Part shown: one piece after another, positions 48,427-61,919 of the stretch
Numbering within the stretch: position 1 is the first letter of the stretch
Layout: every line of letters starts with the position of its first letter
Assembly (NCBI RefSeq): GCF_006345805.1
Contig: NC_042997.1
Location: 130,014,001-130,078,000, forward strand
Reading direction: 5' to 3'
DNA: 64,000 bases
Origin: Octopus sinensis
Lineage: Eukaryota
The notes under the pieces: model-generated
What the model was told of the DNA's origin: nothing
The model's input: the letters and a program-made list of their open reading frames with translations, nothing else
Databases searched by the model: none
Translations under genes and position numbers: made by a program

Positions 48427-48798
48427 TTTGTTTGTTTGTTTGTTGAGCAAAGCAGTCTTCATCCTAGAAGTCCGAAACGTGGTCCTTTACTATTCGTAAG
48501 ACCCACAGAAGAGAAAGCAGGTCAACCCCCCCGACACCGAGAACATCGACAGATGGATGAATGCGCATCCAGGCTCAGCGGTTGCGTAGGAAGTCGGGGA
48601 CAAGAAACAGGAAGAAAGAGTGAGAGAAAGTTGGGGCGAAAGAGTACAACAGGGGTCGCCACCACCCCTTGCCGGAGCCTCGTGGAGCTTTAGGTATTTT
48701 CACTCAAAAAACACACACAACGCCTGCTTTGGGAATCGAAACCGCGATCCTCCGACCGCGAGTCCGCTACCCTAACCACTGGGCCATTGCGCCTCCAC
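48427..48798 (-). mobile_element. Young tRNA-derived SINE with (AAAC)n tail and 15-bp TSD
   Basis: A-box TGGCCCAGTGG, B-box GTTTCGATTCC; TSD TGCTGCTGCTGTTTG / TGCTACTGCTGTTTG; CpGs retained. Confidence 0.88.
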
Positions 48799-51700
48799 TG
48801 CTACTGCTGTTTGCTACATTGTGATGTTCCTGTTTCTGTTTCCGTAAAGATAGACTTGACTGTTATTCCACAGGTAAATGCCTAACTCTGTCCAGGATCA
48901 GAATGGGACGTTTTGGGTGCAGTTGTTTGGACACTAATGATTTGGCATGGCTTACTGGACATTCAGGATGTTTTAGCAACTGTACATTTTTGCTCTAGAG
49001 GCAAACACACAATCACATGAATGCACACACAGAAATATACACATACGGACAGAAAGATTGAGGGAGAGAGATAGAAGAGAGAGAGAGAGGAGTAGAGTGA
49101 GAGACATTACAATTTATTAATTGAATTCAATTGACATATTCACTTTCTCTCTCTCCTGCCTCATATACATGAAGAGAAATATTCTCACACACATAAACAG
49201 AGTGGTGTGGTGTGGTGGGGACAACAAGACTAATATTAAATTGTTTGAAATCAAATAAGTCAGCATCGAATCAGTGACGCCAAATAAGTGAAACCAAAGC
49301 TTGTGCCAAAACGGCTCGTACCCATCCAGGATATGTTGGTTACTAGTCTTCTATCTTCTTAAATAAGCCACTCATACTTTCTGCTACATATCTTACAGGA
49401 GTTAGTTTCCAAATGATAGTGTAATATACAGCGCATCAGTGGGATGTAAGTGTAGCAACATACAGTAATGTGTACAATGTCCCCTGATTGGCTCCCTGTG
49501 CCGGCAGCACATAAAAAGCACTAGCTGAACGTGGCCGATGCCAGGAGCCCCTGACTAGTTCCTATGCTGGTGGCTCGTAAAAAGCACTATCCAAACATAA
49601 TCGATGCTAGGATTTTTGTATAAAAGTGCCTTCTGATATTCCATTGTGCAAAAGTTCACTCACAGGACTTCTCATTGAACATTTACACTAAAATGGGTAA
49701 CCTTTTACTAACATATACTCCCCATAACACCAATGAGCTAAAGTGATATAATTCAATGACAAGATACAGGTGTTTCTGCTACAAATATCAAGTCAGTGTT
49801 CATAGCCACTAAGAACTGGTATTAGAACAATAAATGTTAACATTTGTCGATGTGCACAAAGCTTTATCAAGCAGAAATAAATTAGAGGTGAACAAAGCAG
49901 TGCTGAATGAAATATAGGTGTGTACAATCATATTTAACATGTTAGTGTACACTGAGAGATTTGGAAAAATGGTCCAATAATGTCATTCATATCCCAATGG
50001 TGTGTTTTTCACAAACATTATTCGCAAGGAGCATATTTTCTGTTAAGACAATTTCTATGTCAGAGTTAACATGAAGATGTTAAATATGATTACATACTCC
50101 TATATTTCATTGAGCACTGCCTTGTACACTTCTAATTAATTAATTCCAGCATGACAATGCTTTGCTCACATCAGCAAAAGTACTATTTGTTGTTGTAATA
50201 TAACAACAACAAAGTAATATGTTCTCATGGAAGACTGGAAACAACCAGCCTCACTTGCATGATGATGATGTTCATTTACAACCATGTTGTGATGATTAGA
50301 CAACAGTGTACACACACACACACACACACTCACTCACAACAGGCTTCTTTCAGTTTCCATCAACCAAATTCACTCACAAAGTTTTGGTTGCTCAAAAAAC
50401 TTGTCCAAAGTGCTGTGCTGTGGGAATGAACCCAAGACCACATGATTGGGAAGCAAGTTTCTTAACCACACAAGCATACCTACAATTTATATATAAAAAC
50501 AAAAAAAAGAAAAACACTGCTGGACAATCCTACTTCTATAACAATTCTTACATATACAGAAGCCACATCAACAACTCCTCTTTGAGGCATATATTCTTTA
50601 TCCCATCTTTGATGTCCCTATTATACACTATATTTCAAATTAATTATTAAATGAGGTGTCTGTTATTACATTCAATCTACTTTTACAACTCTGTTTGAAT
50701 CAGAGTCAGTTTCTCTGACCTAAAGTCTCTTTCCTTCATCATAAAAAAGTCGTCTGTTCTTTCTACTGTTCTCCAAACTCCTGCATCTATTAACAGTTGT
50801 TCAGACATCTTTCATCCAATATATATATATACATATATGTTTCATCCAATAAATATATATACATATATGTTTTATTGCAAAAATACTAATAGATGTGATA
50901 ACTTAAATGAATGATAGTGGAAAACACCGAGAGTTGCTTATTTTTCATCAGGGTAGCCAATGTTAGAGGCACTGAAAATTTTGTGATGGACGGCACTGAG
51001 AGTCCAGTACCTGAGGTTCTATGGCTCTTTAGAAGAACCTGCTTAAGCATCTACCATGGAGGTATGTTGGTCTAATCAGACAATTAGTCCTTCAACTAGT
51101 AGGACTAGCCCAACAAGTTGGTGCCACTCATGATAAGGGTGGGGTCCAATACAAAGCCCAACTATCAGCAGCAATACCCCTCTACCCAATACCTCACCCT
51201 CCTAACACAGCCTACTGTTTAGTCAGCAAGAATGAAATTACTGTTTTACAGAATTATCTAGACTGGGGTAGGAATAATAACATAAATGTTTGGTGATGGA
51301 GGCATCTGATGTGGTAGTGGTAGTGGTTGTATTTGATGTGGTCATGGTTGTGGTGATGGTATTTGATGCAGTCAGATACTGTCAGTGGTCATTTCATGTC
51401 AGATACTGTAGTGGACATTTCATTTTTCCCAAAGGTTTAGTCAAGAGGGCTTGGTAGTGTCCGTGAACTTTGCAGACCCACCAAGGGCTGTGCAACTACA
51501 TTCAGTGTTAGTAGTGGTGGTGGTGGTGGTGGTGCAGCAACAGGACCATCAATGATTCGGCTGTTTACTTTCTAAACCGACTTTTGGTATTAACCAATCA
51601 GAACGTTTGGTGTGTGAAATATTAAAATTATCAAAAAAATCTTTCAACTTCTTCCTATTTTATGTCAGACATAACAGAGATACAGTCCAACTTTTGTGAA

Positions 51701-52847
51701 GAGAATGGCCTTATTTTCTTGACTGGAATGGTCTGAAAACAGCTTATATAACCACAAAACTGTGATTGTGACGTTAAATTATCTGACAGCTAAACACAAA
51801 CTTCTGAGTTCAAGTTATGCATCAGTCATTATTATGATTGTAGATCTTCCATTGTTGTAAGTAGAAAAGAAAATTTTATAGCTTTTTAACTGATTAATCT
51901 ATGAAGGAGGGGTACACCTATGATGCTTTTCAGAGCCTCTCAGAATGGTAGGAGGAAGTTGTTCTCAGATCAAAGACCTTCCTCAAATGCCTGCAACAAA
52001 GTGGACCCTGCTAAGGACACCCAAGGTCCAAGACATGATATTCAAGTGGGAGATGGAATTTAACAGTCCTATGGCTTGCCAGCTCCTATCAAACCATCTG
52101 ACCTATGCCAGCTTGGACATTAAATGATGATGATGATTATGGATCAAATCTTCCATCCAATAACAGAAATAGGTTACCACACACTTCCATTTACCAAATT
52201 TCACTCATATGGCTTTGGTCAACCTGACACTATAGTAGAAGACTCTTGCTGAATGTGCCAGGCATTGGATTGAACCCAGTACCACATAGTTATGGAGCAA
52301 ACTTTTTAACCACATCGCCATTTTACTGGCTTCACTTATTAGACTGAGACCATGATCTGAACCCAAAACTTATACAGGGCACAGGCATGGCCATGTGGTT
52401 AAGAAGTTCATCCTGCAAACTTGTGTTTCTGGGTTCAGTCCAGCTGTACAACATCTTGGGCAAATGTCTTCTATACAGCTTTGGATTGACCAATGCTTTA
52501 TGACAGGAATTTTGTAGATGGAAACCCTATCATATAGCGTCGTCATCATCATCATCATTTATGGTTGGATAAGACTTGTCAGGGTGGATGTCCTTCTTGA
52601 TACATCATTTTATTGTCCATTTTCCCATGCTTACTTGGATTGGATGGAGTTTGTTTATTGAGGAAGATTTTCTATGTACAGATGTATTTCCTGTCATCAA
52701 CCCTTACCTAGTAATATTACCCCATGGCCAGACATGTTTCCTCAGAATATTCAAAATGAATGACATTCGTTTATAACAATTATGTAATGTTAAGACAAGG
52801 AAATACAAACACACACTCGTATGAATGCATGTGTGTATGTGAGTATG

Positions 52848-52878
<31 letters not shown>

Positions 52879-52879
52879 G

Positions 52880-53095
52880 ACAGAAGGCGGCAAGCTGGCA
52901 GTAACATTAGCATGCCAAGCAAAATACTTAGCAGTATTTCATCTGTCTTTACGTTCTGAGTTCAAATTCCACTGAGGTCGACTTTGCCTTTCATCCTTTC
53001 ATGGTCGATAAATTAAGTACCAGTTGCATACTGGAGTTGAACTAATCTACTGGCACCTCCTTCCTAAAATTTTGGGCCTAGAGTAGAAAAGAATA
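52880..53095 (+). mobile_element. OK-like SINE
   Basis: GGCGGCAAGCTGGCAG head and Nin-like core. Confidence 0.85.
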
Positions 53096-53569
53096 TATAC
53101 ATATAACAGGCTCCTTTCATTTTCCATCTACCAAATTTATTCGCTTGCTCAAGGTGCCATGCAGTAGAGCTGAACCTAAAACTGTGTGGTTGGGAAACAA
53201 ACATCTTAACCACACAGCCATATCAACTCCTCAACCTAATTTGCTTTTCAAGTGAGGTACTTATTCCATGACTTCATATAAGCTACCAAGTTGTAAGACA
53301 AACATTATCACCACTTACTGAATGGTGCCAACACAGAAATACATGGATACAATTGCATTCCACAGAATGTATGTGTGTGTGAGTAGATATGGCTGTGTAG
53401 TTACAGATTTTGTTTTACAGCTGCATAAATTCTTTCCAACCCATGCCAACATGGAAAAAATGGTTCATAAAAGAAATGATGATAATGATGATGGTAGTGG
53501 TGGTATATATGTGTGTTGTTTGCTGATGTATATAAATTAATAAAGAAATGCTTTAGAATAAAAAATATC

Positions 53570-54850
53570 AGGGAATCAAAGGGTCTTAAAGTAAATTTAG
53601 TAAAGACCAAGGTCCTACTAAGCAAAATATCAGACAGGACCCTTCACCCTTCTAGTAAATGACCCTACTCAATATGTAGGAAGGGTGTAAGCAGAAATTC
53701 TGTTTGGTGTACTCAATGTAAGTAATGGACACACAAGAGGTGCAGTGGAATAGCAGGAAGGTTAACAGAAAAAGTAGTGTTTGTATGTGGAAGATGTATG
53801 GAAGCCATAAAGAACACAAATACATAGGAAACTGATTTTGTTAAATGTCCCAGTGGCTCTCTTATTTCTTTACTGCCCACAAGGGGCTACACTCAGAGGG
53901 GACAAACAAGGACAGACAAATGGATTAAGTTGATTATATCGACCCCAGTGCGTAACTGGTACTTATTTAATCGACCCTGAAAGGATGAAAGGCAAAGTCG
54001 ACCTCGGCAGAATTTGAACATAATGGCAAAAGAAATACCTATTTCTTTACTACCCACAAGTGGCTAAACACAGAGGGGGCAAACAAGGACAGACAAACGG
54101 ATTAAGTCGATTATATCGACCCCTGTGCATGACTGGTACTTATTTAATCGACCCCAAAAGGATGAAAGGCAAAGTCGATCTCAGCGGAATTTGAACTCGG
54201 AACATTACAGCAGACGAAATACGGCTACGCATTTCACCCAGCATGCTAAGGATTCTGCCAGCTTGCCGCTGTCGTCCCAATGGCTCTCTGGTAGATAACT
54301 TCAGTTACCTAGGTGACCTAATTAGCAGTGAGGAGGTTGTGCAGAAAGTGCAATTGCTAGAATAAGAATAGGATGGAGAAAGTTCAGAAGCTTTTACCTC
54401 TTTTGGCAACCAAAGGTCTCTCTATGAGTGAAGGGAAGATTGTATGATGCATGTGCATGAACTGTGATACTATATGGTAGTGAGACTTGGGCCCTGAATG
54501 GGGAGGGCATGTAAAGGCTGGAGAAGAATGAAGCTGGTATGCTCTACTGGATGTGCCATGTCAGTGTGCATGTACAGTAAAGTGCTTGTGTATTAAGAGG
54601 TATAAGAGGAATTAGATGCAGTGTGCAAGAGAGGAGACTGCATTGGTTTGATCATGTGATGCAGACAGTTGCATTAAGAAGTTCTGATCACTTTAAGTGG
54701 AGGGAAGTTGTAGAAAAGGGAGACCCAGGAAGACATGAGATGAAGTACGGAAGGTTGATCTCAAAACACTGAATCTTATGAAGAAGATGACAGAGGACCG
54801 AGATATGAACCGCATTGCTATACTCAAAAAGACATGCCCACCACATGAGA
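53570..54850 (+). pseudogene. PHD-RTE RT C-terminal fragment split by a SINE dimer
   Basis: ESKGLKVNLVKTKV, WTHKRCSG..VCGRC, YLGDLIS, YGSETWAL. Confidence 0.85.
53860..54272 (-). mobile_element. OK-like SINE dimer with 16-bp TSD
   Basis: TSD GTCCCAGTGGCTCTCT / GTCCCAATGGCTCTCT; junction GAAATAC|CTATTTC. Confidence 0.88.
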
Positions 54851-54925
54851 ATTGAAATCCTAAACTAAGGTATTATACTCAAAAAGACATGCCCACCACA
54901 ACAGAGCTGATATCCTAAAACTACG
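54775..54925. repeat. ~55-bp tandem duplication at the RTE stop/UTR boundary
   Basis: TATACTCAAAAAGACATGCCCACCACA twice. Confidence 0.8.
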
Positions 54926-55878
54926 GTGCTATATAAAAAGCATCCAGTACAGTCTATGCAGTGGTTGACATTAGGAAGGGCATCAAGCTGGAGAAACCAT
55001 GCTAAAACAGACTATGGAATCTGGTGTGGCCCCTAGAATTGCTGGTTTCTGTCGAGCCATCCAACCCATGCCAGCATGGAAAAATGGATGTTAAATGTTG
55101 ATGATGATGATGGTATTTATTCTGTCCAAATTGCACAGATATCACCTATCATTCTCACTGCTGTAAATGGTACAAATTAGTGATTGGCCTGTTAGTAAAC
55201 GAAATAATAATAATAAACTTATTGTATGGACCCATATTACAGGCTTTAATGCACTAAAAACTTTTTCCCTGAATATCTACTGTTGAAATTAGGGTGCATT
55301 TAATATGTCTCTGCATCATTTATGCCACCAGATATAGTATTTATTGGGGATGCAGCACAAGAGTCCATGAGTTATCTTTGTAAACCCTTATACATGGCTA
55401 TGTACAGAAACTCACACTGCTATTATCCTCAATATCACTACACAGTATCTGAGCAAATGTCTTCCATCACAACCCTCCCTTAGTTGACCAAAGCCTTGAG
55501 AGTAAAATCGAGCGGAGGGAAACTAAATGTTAACCAATTAGTGGGACCATTCTTATTCTTGGATGATAGACTTAATCTGTTGCTCTATTCTAAAACCACC
55601 TCATGGGCCTTGGGTACCTTTAGGGGAGTCCACTCTCTTTCAAGATTTTAGGACAGGTTTCCAGTCTGAGGATACCCCATGAGTTGCAGTGTTTTACTCT
55701 CTTTTCTTTTCTCTATCTCATCTCAGAGACTAAAAAAAAAAAAAAAATCATGGGCAATGCCCTTTCCAAGAATTAAAAAAATAAACAAGTAAAAAAAAAC
55801 ATAAAAAATTATGATTGCGGGATCTATCAAAGATTTACAGAAAATGATTTAAACTTGGTAGAATGATCTATAGTCTAA

Positions 55879-56037
55879 GGAGTGGCTGTGTGGTAAGTAG
55901 CTTGCTTACCAACCACATGGTTCCGGGTTCAGTCCCACTGCGTGGCACCTTGGGCAAGTGTCTTCTATTATAGCCTCAGGCTGACCAAAGCCTTGTGAGT
56001 GGATTTGGTAGACAGAAACTGAAGGAAGCCCGTCGTA

Positions 56038-56090
<53 letters not shown>

Positions 56091-56282
56091 TTGTGTGCCT
56101 GTGTTTGTCCCTCCAACATCGCTTGACAACCGATGCTGGTGTGTTCATGACCCCGTAACTTAGCAGTTTGGTAAAAGAGACCGATAGAATAAGTACTAGG
56201 CTTACAAAGTTGATTTGCTCGACTAAAGGCGGTGCTCCAGCATGGCCGCAGTCAAATGACTGAAACAAGTAAAAGAGTAACA
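55879..56282 (+). mobile_element. Young full-length OR-like CORE SINE
   Basis: CpG-retaining copy with all segments. Confidence 0.9.
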
Positions 56283-56595
56283 CAGAACACAAAATCCCAG
56301 CGCCACCTGGAAAGTGGGCTTACTTGATATCTAGAAAGGGAATTAATTGGAATGCACTAATACTGTGAACTAAGTATTCTAGGCGCTAGACTGAACCTGG
56401 TGCTAAATTTACATTACAAGCAGGCCCCTGGGTGTTTTTTTAATGGAGTCTATTGTATTGCAAGCATTCAGGCCAAGTCTTCAATCCAACTTCCTTCCTT
56501 ACACCAAGCAGTTTCATAGGCCCTGAAAGGCATCCCTGCCCTTCTTCTTATGAGTAACCCAATAAGAAAATAAGGAGAATAAAAAAGAAAGAAGA

Positions 56596-57250
56596 ATGAC
56601 TAGTGACCGGGACCTCTGGAAATATGCTGTGCTTGAGACGACTCAGCAAGCGCAGGTGAGACCATAACCTTGTGGCCTATGCCAGGGGTGTAACCAGTGC
56701 ACTTATGCGTGCCTTTCCTTCATTGGACACTAAACTCTGCTTGCGAAGACCTGTTGAGGCAATCGAAATCGAAATCAAACTCGGTGACTGGCATGCGTTG
56801 CTAGTGGAATGCTAAGAGTACCATACGAGTGAGATCGTTGCCAGAGCAACAAGCTGGCCTTCATGCCGATAGCATGTTAAAAACACCATTCGAGCATGAC
56901 CGTTACCTGCATCGCCTTACTAGCACTTGTGCTGGTGGCACGTGAAAAAAAACAAAAAACATTGAAGCGAGGTCGTTGCCAGTGTCGCTGGACTGGCTCC
57001 TGTGCAGGAGGCACATAAAAAGCACCATTTGAGCGTGGCTGTTGCCAGTATCACCTAACTGGCCCTCGTGCCGGTGGCACATAAAAGCACCCACTACACT
57101 CTCAGAGTGGTTGGCGTTAGGAAGGGCATCCAGCTGTAGAAACTCTGCCAGATCGGATTGGTGCAGCCATCTGGTTCGCCAGTCCTCAGTCAAATCGTCC
57201 AACCCATGCTAGCATGGAAAGCAGACGTTAAACGATGATGATGATGATTA
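56596..57250 (+). mobile_element. 5'-truncated copy of the PHD-RTE family (last codons + full 3' UTR)
   Basis: GACCTCTGGAAATATGCTGTGC (DLWKYAV) and GTGAGACCATAACC..GTGGCC match the reverse complement of 6680-6830; array and (GAT)n tail. Confidence 0.88.
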
Positions 57251-60200
57251 TGAATGGGTACAACAGGAATGGCGGAATGTTTGTCCAGCTGACAGAGCAG
57301 AATTTCAGATATTCAAGAGTAAATAATATGTAATAATACTTATGAAATGAAGTAATCAGTAGAAGCTAGATCAATATACTGAATTACACCTCTATATTTA
57401 GAAGATCAATGTACTTCAGGCTGCTCACAAGATATACAGGTGATCATCTGTGACACCTGGGTAATAATATAATTAGTGTTGAGATGGTTGCAATGAAAAT
57501 AGCTGAACAAAGAATAGTGAAAGAATTTCAGCAATCTGTTACTTGTGTGTCACAACAAAGGGTTTCTCTCATTGTGAAGTATACATATAAATAGTGAGAT
57601 ATGGCCATTGAATGTGAAAGATCTGAGGAAGTTAGAGAGAAATGAAATGATTATGACCTGTTACAAGTGCAAAGTTATTTGTAACAAAAGACAAATGGAA
57701 AAAAACAAACAAGTGAATTGTAAGGAGGGCTGAGTATTAAAAGGAATTGTTAAAGTGTGCAAGGGAAATAACTACTCTGGTAAGGATATGTTATGTGAGT
57801 GAAGGATAAGGCACGTTCATTCTTTCATTTTATGCTTGTTTTTCCATACTAGGATGGGTTACATGAATATTATTGAGGCATTGTTTTACAGTATGATGCT
57901 CTACCTCAAAAACAAAGCTGTCTGTTTTTCAAGTAAAGAATCTCTAAATCAAAATGTTTTTGAAAGCCCAGAGCTAGAAAATGCCAGCAAATTTTAAAAC
58001 TTGTAATCCAGTTGGTCATGTGAAGCATACAGAATATAAACTCACAAACGAACACATGCACATATACATTGTGTGTGTGTGTGTGTGTATTCACTCACAA
58101 GTTATTTGATTGGTGTGGAGCTACAGTAGAAGATGCTTGACCAGAGGAACTGAATCAAAAGCCATCTGGTTGAAAACAAGCTTTTTAACCTCACAGCCAT
58201 ACCTATAATTAAGGTCTCAGTAAAAATGTGGTATACATGCTAATATTAGAGGCTACTGATGGAATAGATGGACCAAAGAAAATGTGAGAAATAGTGACAC
58301 TTGATCTAAGAATGTTAAGCCTCAAAGAAGAGAGGGTGAAAGACTGAGTGACTAGTTATACACTTTATGGCTGACCCAGCTAACTCCTGCCAGCATAAAA
58401 ATCATATGTTGAAATATTGATGAGGATGATGAGGAGTTGTAAATAACAATATCTACAAACTCCAACTTGTCACCTAATGATGCAAGACAATGCCTTATAC
58501 TGCACTGAACTATGCCTACAATCCAGGGAACAAGAAGTCTGATATTTAAGCCAAAATTACATCTCTACATTTCACAGATATCATACTAGTGGCTTTCAAC
58601 AGTTCTCAAAACGTCTACTATCACAGTTATTTAAGATAATATGAAAGACTAAATCTAAAGCTGCTCACTTCAAAAGTATGGGGTGGTTGTACCATCAATA
58701 AGCAGAGCACTCATTCCCTATGTCCAGACTGTTGCTAGAATATAGACCTAGATATAGTGATTCTGGTATTGGCATAATAGAATCAAGGTGATTTTAGTAA
58801 TTAGTTGTCTCAATTGCATGTTTTACTGGAGATAATGGTTAACTTTGTATTTGGACCTCAGTGTTGTAAAACATATTCTTGCTATTTATTCCATGTTTGT
58901 TTGGATCAATTAAATTAAGTTTGTTGTAATATTGGTTATTTAAAACAGTTGGTACCTCTTACTTGCAATATCTTCATCTTGTTCAGGAATTAAAAACAAT
59001 TCTGTATATGTCAGACAAGACCTAACTAGTAAAAGAGTCTTTACACAGGGAATTCCAAGACCCCCCTCTTTAGAGAAAGTACAATGCTAATAACAAATAA
59101 TAATTAGTCAAGATAATTTCTGCTGTGCTACTGATACACCATAGTCAAGAATATGGTGGGATTGTAGTTTCAGAAATCAAGTGTATTAGAGTAGATTATA
59201 ACCATGAAGTTCTTCTTGCATTTAATCATGTAAATTTTTAGCCCTGATGAAGTGTGTAAAAAACTCTGATATTTCTGCATAGAAAGCACCATTTTTGTGG
59301 GTTCACAACTTTCTTTAATTTGCAATAGAAATATTAAGGGCCCAAACAGCCATAAAAGGGTATCACAAACCATAGTAGCTTATAAACTCTTTATACAATT
59401 ATTCCATGGCTTTCTTTGTTTAACCAAATACTGTGTTAGTGAGTGACCACATTACCTCGTTTGTTATGTTTACACACTGAGTGTAAACCACTGGCCTGTT
59501 ATAAGCGCTACCTTGAATTATAGTCTTTGGTCCTATAGAAATTTTAACATTTGAGACTAGTATGCAGGAACAAAGAAATACAACTTAGTAGGAGTCCTTA
59601 ATAGGATCAACAAAGGAAACACAGACCATTGAACTTATTCATCACACTAGAAGACTAAAGAGCAGAATTGATCATCATCATTATCATTGTCATCATCCAC
59701 TTTTTCATGCTTGCACAGGTCAGAATTCATTAAGGCAGCTTTTCTACAGCCAGATGCCCTTCTTGTTTCCAAGCAAGGTAATGTTTCTCCATGGCCAGAC
59801 ATGTTTTCAGGGACAATTGGAAACAAATGATACCACTTCTATGATGATGATGATGACACTTATTTACATCTATTGCAGCTCTGGCTACAGCAGATGACAT
59901 TTGCTCAAAGTACTGCAAAATGGGCACACAGTTTTGCCTGTGTCTATAGAGCTATATATCTATGCCTTTGTTAGTAAAGGACACAGTATTAAAGATTTTT
60001 TTTTAATATGAATCTTTACAGCTCTGGAGTATAAAGCAAATTAGAAAGAAATGCTTCCTCTTGGCTCAGACAAAGGCATTTTACAGGTAGGTTTTTCCAC
60101 AAGAGAAATTTAACTCAGAACTGTGTCAAAGAAATACATGTCAATCTCAGAGGGTTGTTATACAAGTGGTAACTACTTAAGACTAGGAGTTACTTAGCAC

Positions 60201-60739
60201 TAAATTTCCTGGCCATAAATATAATACAATAGTAGTGACAGAACAACTGGGTCACTGTATCTTCAGTTGGTTGTCCAATATCAAGTCAAACCAGCTATTT
60301 GTGTTCTTTAGGACTCGTTAATATGGTAACAAAAGGCAATAAAAATATAGACAGATAACAGGAACTGTTGGAAACATTTAATAACTATCTAGGAATAATG
60401 TGGTGAGTATCAAGTAAAGATATTTAATTTGGTAACACTGCCTTTAACTAAATAATAATCAGCTGCAAGTGAGCCCTGGTCCAGCAAACCTACAATCAAA
60501 TGCATTCACACCATGGCTAACCTCTTTTACTTTCAGGAATACAGTATCTTGAATTACATTATCTGATGTGTCTTTTCAAGATGGTAGGATATAGTTTGAG
60601 GGAATTTTGGCTGCATCTAGTGGGTTGAACACCCACCTAGAGGCATCCAAGTAACTAGCAGAAGTTAAAACTAATATATCAGGTAATGAAGGCTATAGGG
60701 TATATCAGGTAATGAAGCCTTAACTCTGAAGTTAAGCCT

Positions 60740-61140
60740 ACTTCCCAACCATGTGGTCTTAGGTTCAGTCCCACTGTGCAGCTCCTTAGGCAAGTGTCTT
60801 CTAATATAGCCCCAAGCTGACCAAAGCCTTATGAGTAGATTTGGTAGGTATAAACTGAAAGAAGCCTGTCATATTCATAAATATATACATGTTTGTGTGT
60901 GTGTCCTTGCCTAGACATCATGTGATGGTTGCAAATGAGCATCATCATCATATAAGCAATGTTGTTCATTTCCAGACTTCCATGACAGACATGTCTAGCT
61001 TTGGGAAAATATTACCTTGCTCGAAAACAAGTGAAGGCTGATGACAAGAAGAGCATCCAGCTAAAGAAAATCTGCCTCAATTAAATTCCATCTGACACAT
61101 GCAAACATGGAAAAGTAGATACAAAAGTGATGATGATGAG
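60740..61140 (+). mobile_element. OR head/CORE with alternative tail (type C)
   Basis: Head 60740-60875; tail GAAAATCTGCCTCAA..TTCCATCTGAC..(GAT)n also seen at 15545-15900 and 45180-45450. Confidence 0.7.
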
Positions 61141-61692
61141 TTAACATGCAAAAGAGGTGAGGTAGTTCAGATAGCTTTTTTAGGTTCTCCTCAACTGGGT
61201 TAGGTTAATTAAAGGTTAATAAAGGCTATTTAGCAGGAGACAGAAAGAAGATATTTTAACAGTGAAGTGCCAATAGCTGAAGAGTTGTTTATGTAGCAAA
61301 TATATATTTTGAATATACTCTAACATGTATTGACATTAGAGAGTCTAGCACTGTTTTAGATAGATGAACATTATTCTACTCAAGGGAATATTTGAATTTT
61401 GATAGAGTTATTGACATGAAGAGGAAATCCAGTTATTGTAATGAAGCACTGGCCAAAATGAAAATGTGGTGTTAGTATGAAAGGTTAGAACAGACTCTAA
61501 GACCTAGCATTTGTTAAGATCCAGTAGTTTAATGCTTAAAGTTCATAAGGGCTAGAACTTGGGGAACTTTTTATGATAGTAAAATAGGCAGAACATGCAT
61601 GGTATAATGTGTCAGAAGAGTGGTATTACATGGTAATGAGACATGAATTCTCAAGACATATTAAACTGAGTTTCTGAAGGAGAAAATATTTA

Positions 61693-61880
61693 AACCCTTT
61701 TGATACCAATTAGCCAGTGGGGTGGCATCATTCAAAAGCTAAAATAATGCAAAGCACACTGTGACCAGCGATGTATAACAACATTCACTAGTCTGGTCAA
61801 TCACATGATTGTGATACCAATTTACCTGAAATAATCTGGTTCTTTGATACAAAACTGCCTGTTTTCAAGACAGTTCATCA
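61693..61880 (+). mobile_element. piggyBac-type MITE left end (partial)
   Basis: TTAAACCCTTTTGATACC equals the TIR of the 40528-40748 element; no right end found. Confidence 0.45.
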
Positions 61881-61919
61881 CTATTTTATGCAAGAACAAT
61901 TTAAGTCATGTTCTCATTA

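Noticed and set aside
48720-48798. tRNA gene (and other tRNA-like heads)
   Set aside because: Head is fused to a SINE body with tail and TSD; no complete cloverleaf
56294-56312. CTCF-like site (CCAGGTGGCGCT on the minus strand)
   Set aside because: Only the 3' part of the motif matches; a similar string occurs by chance in a SINE tail near 25365
59240-59290. CTGATGA...GAAA hammerhead candidate (also 38309 and 50946 reverse)
   Set aside because: No stem II pairing adjacent to the cores, or no GAAA
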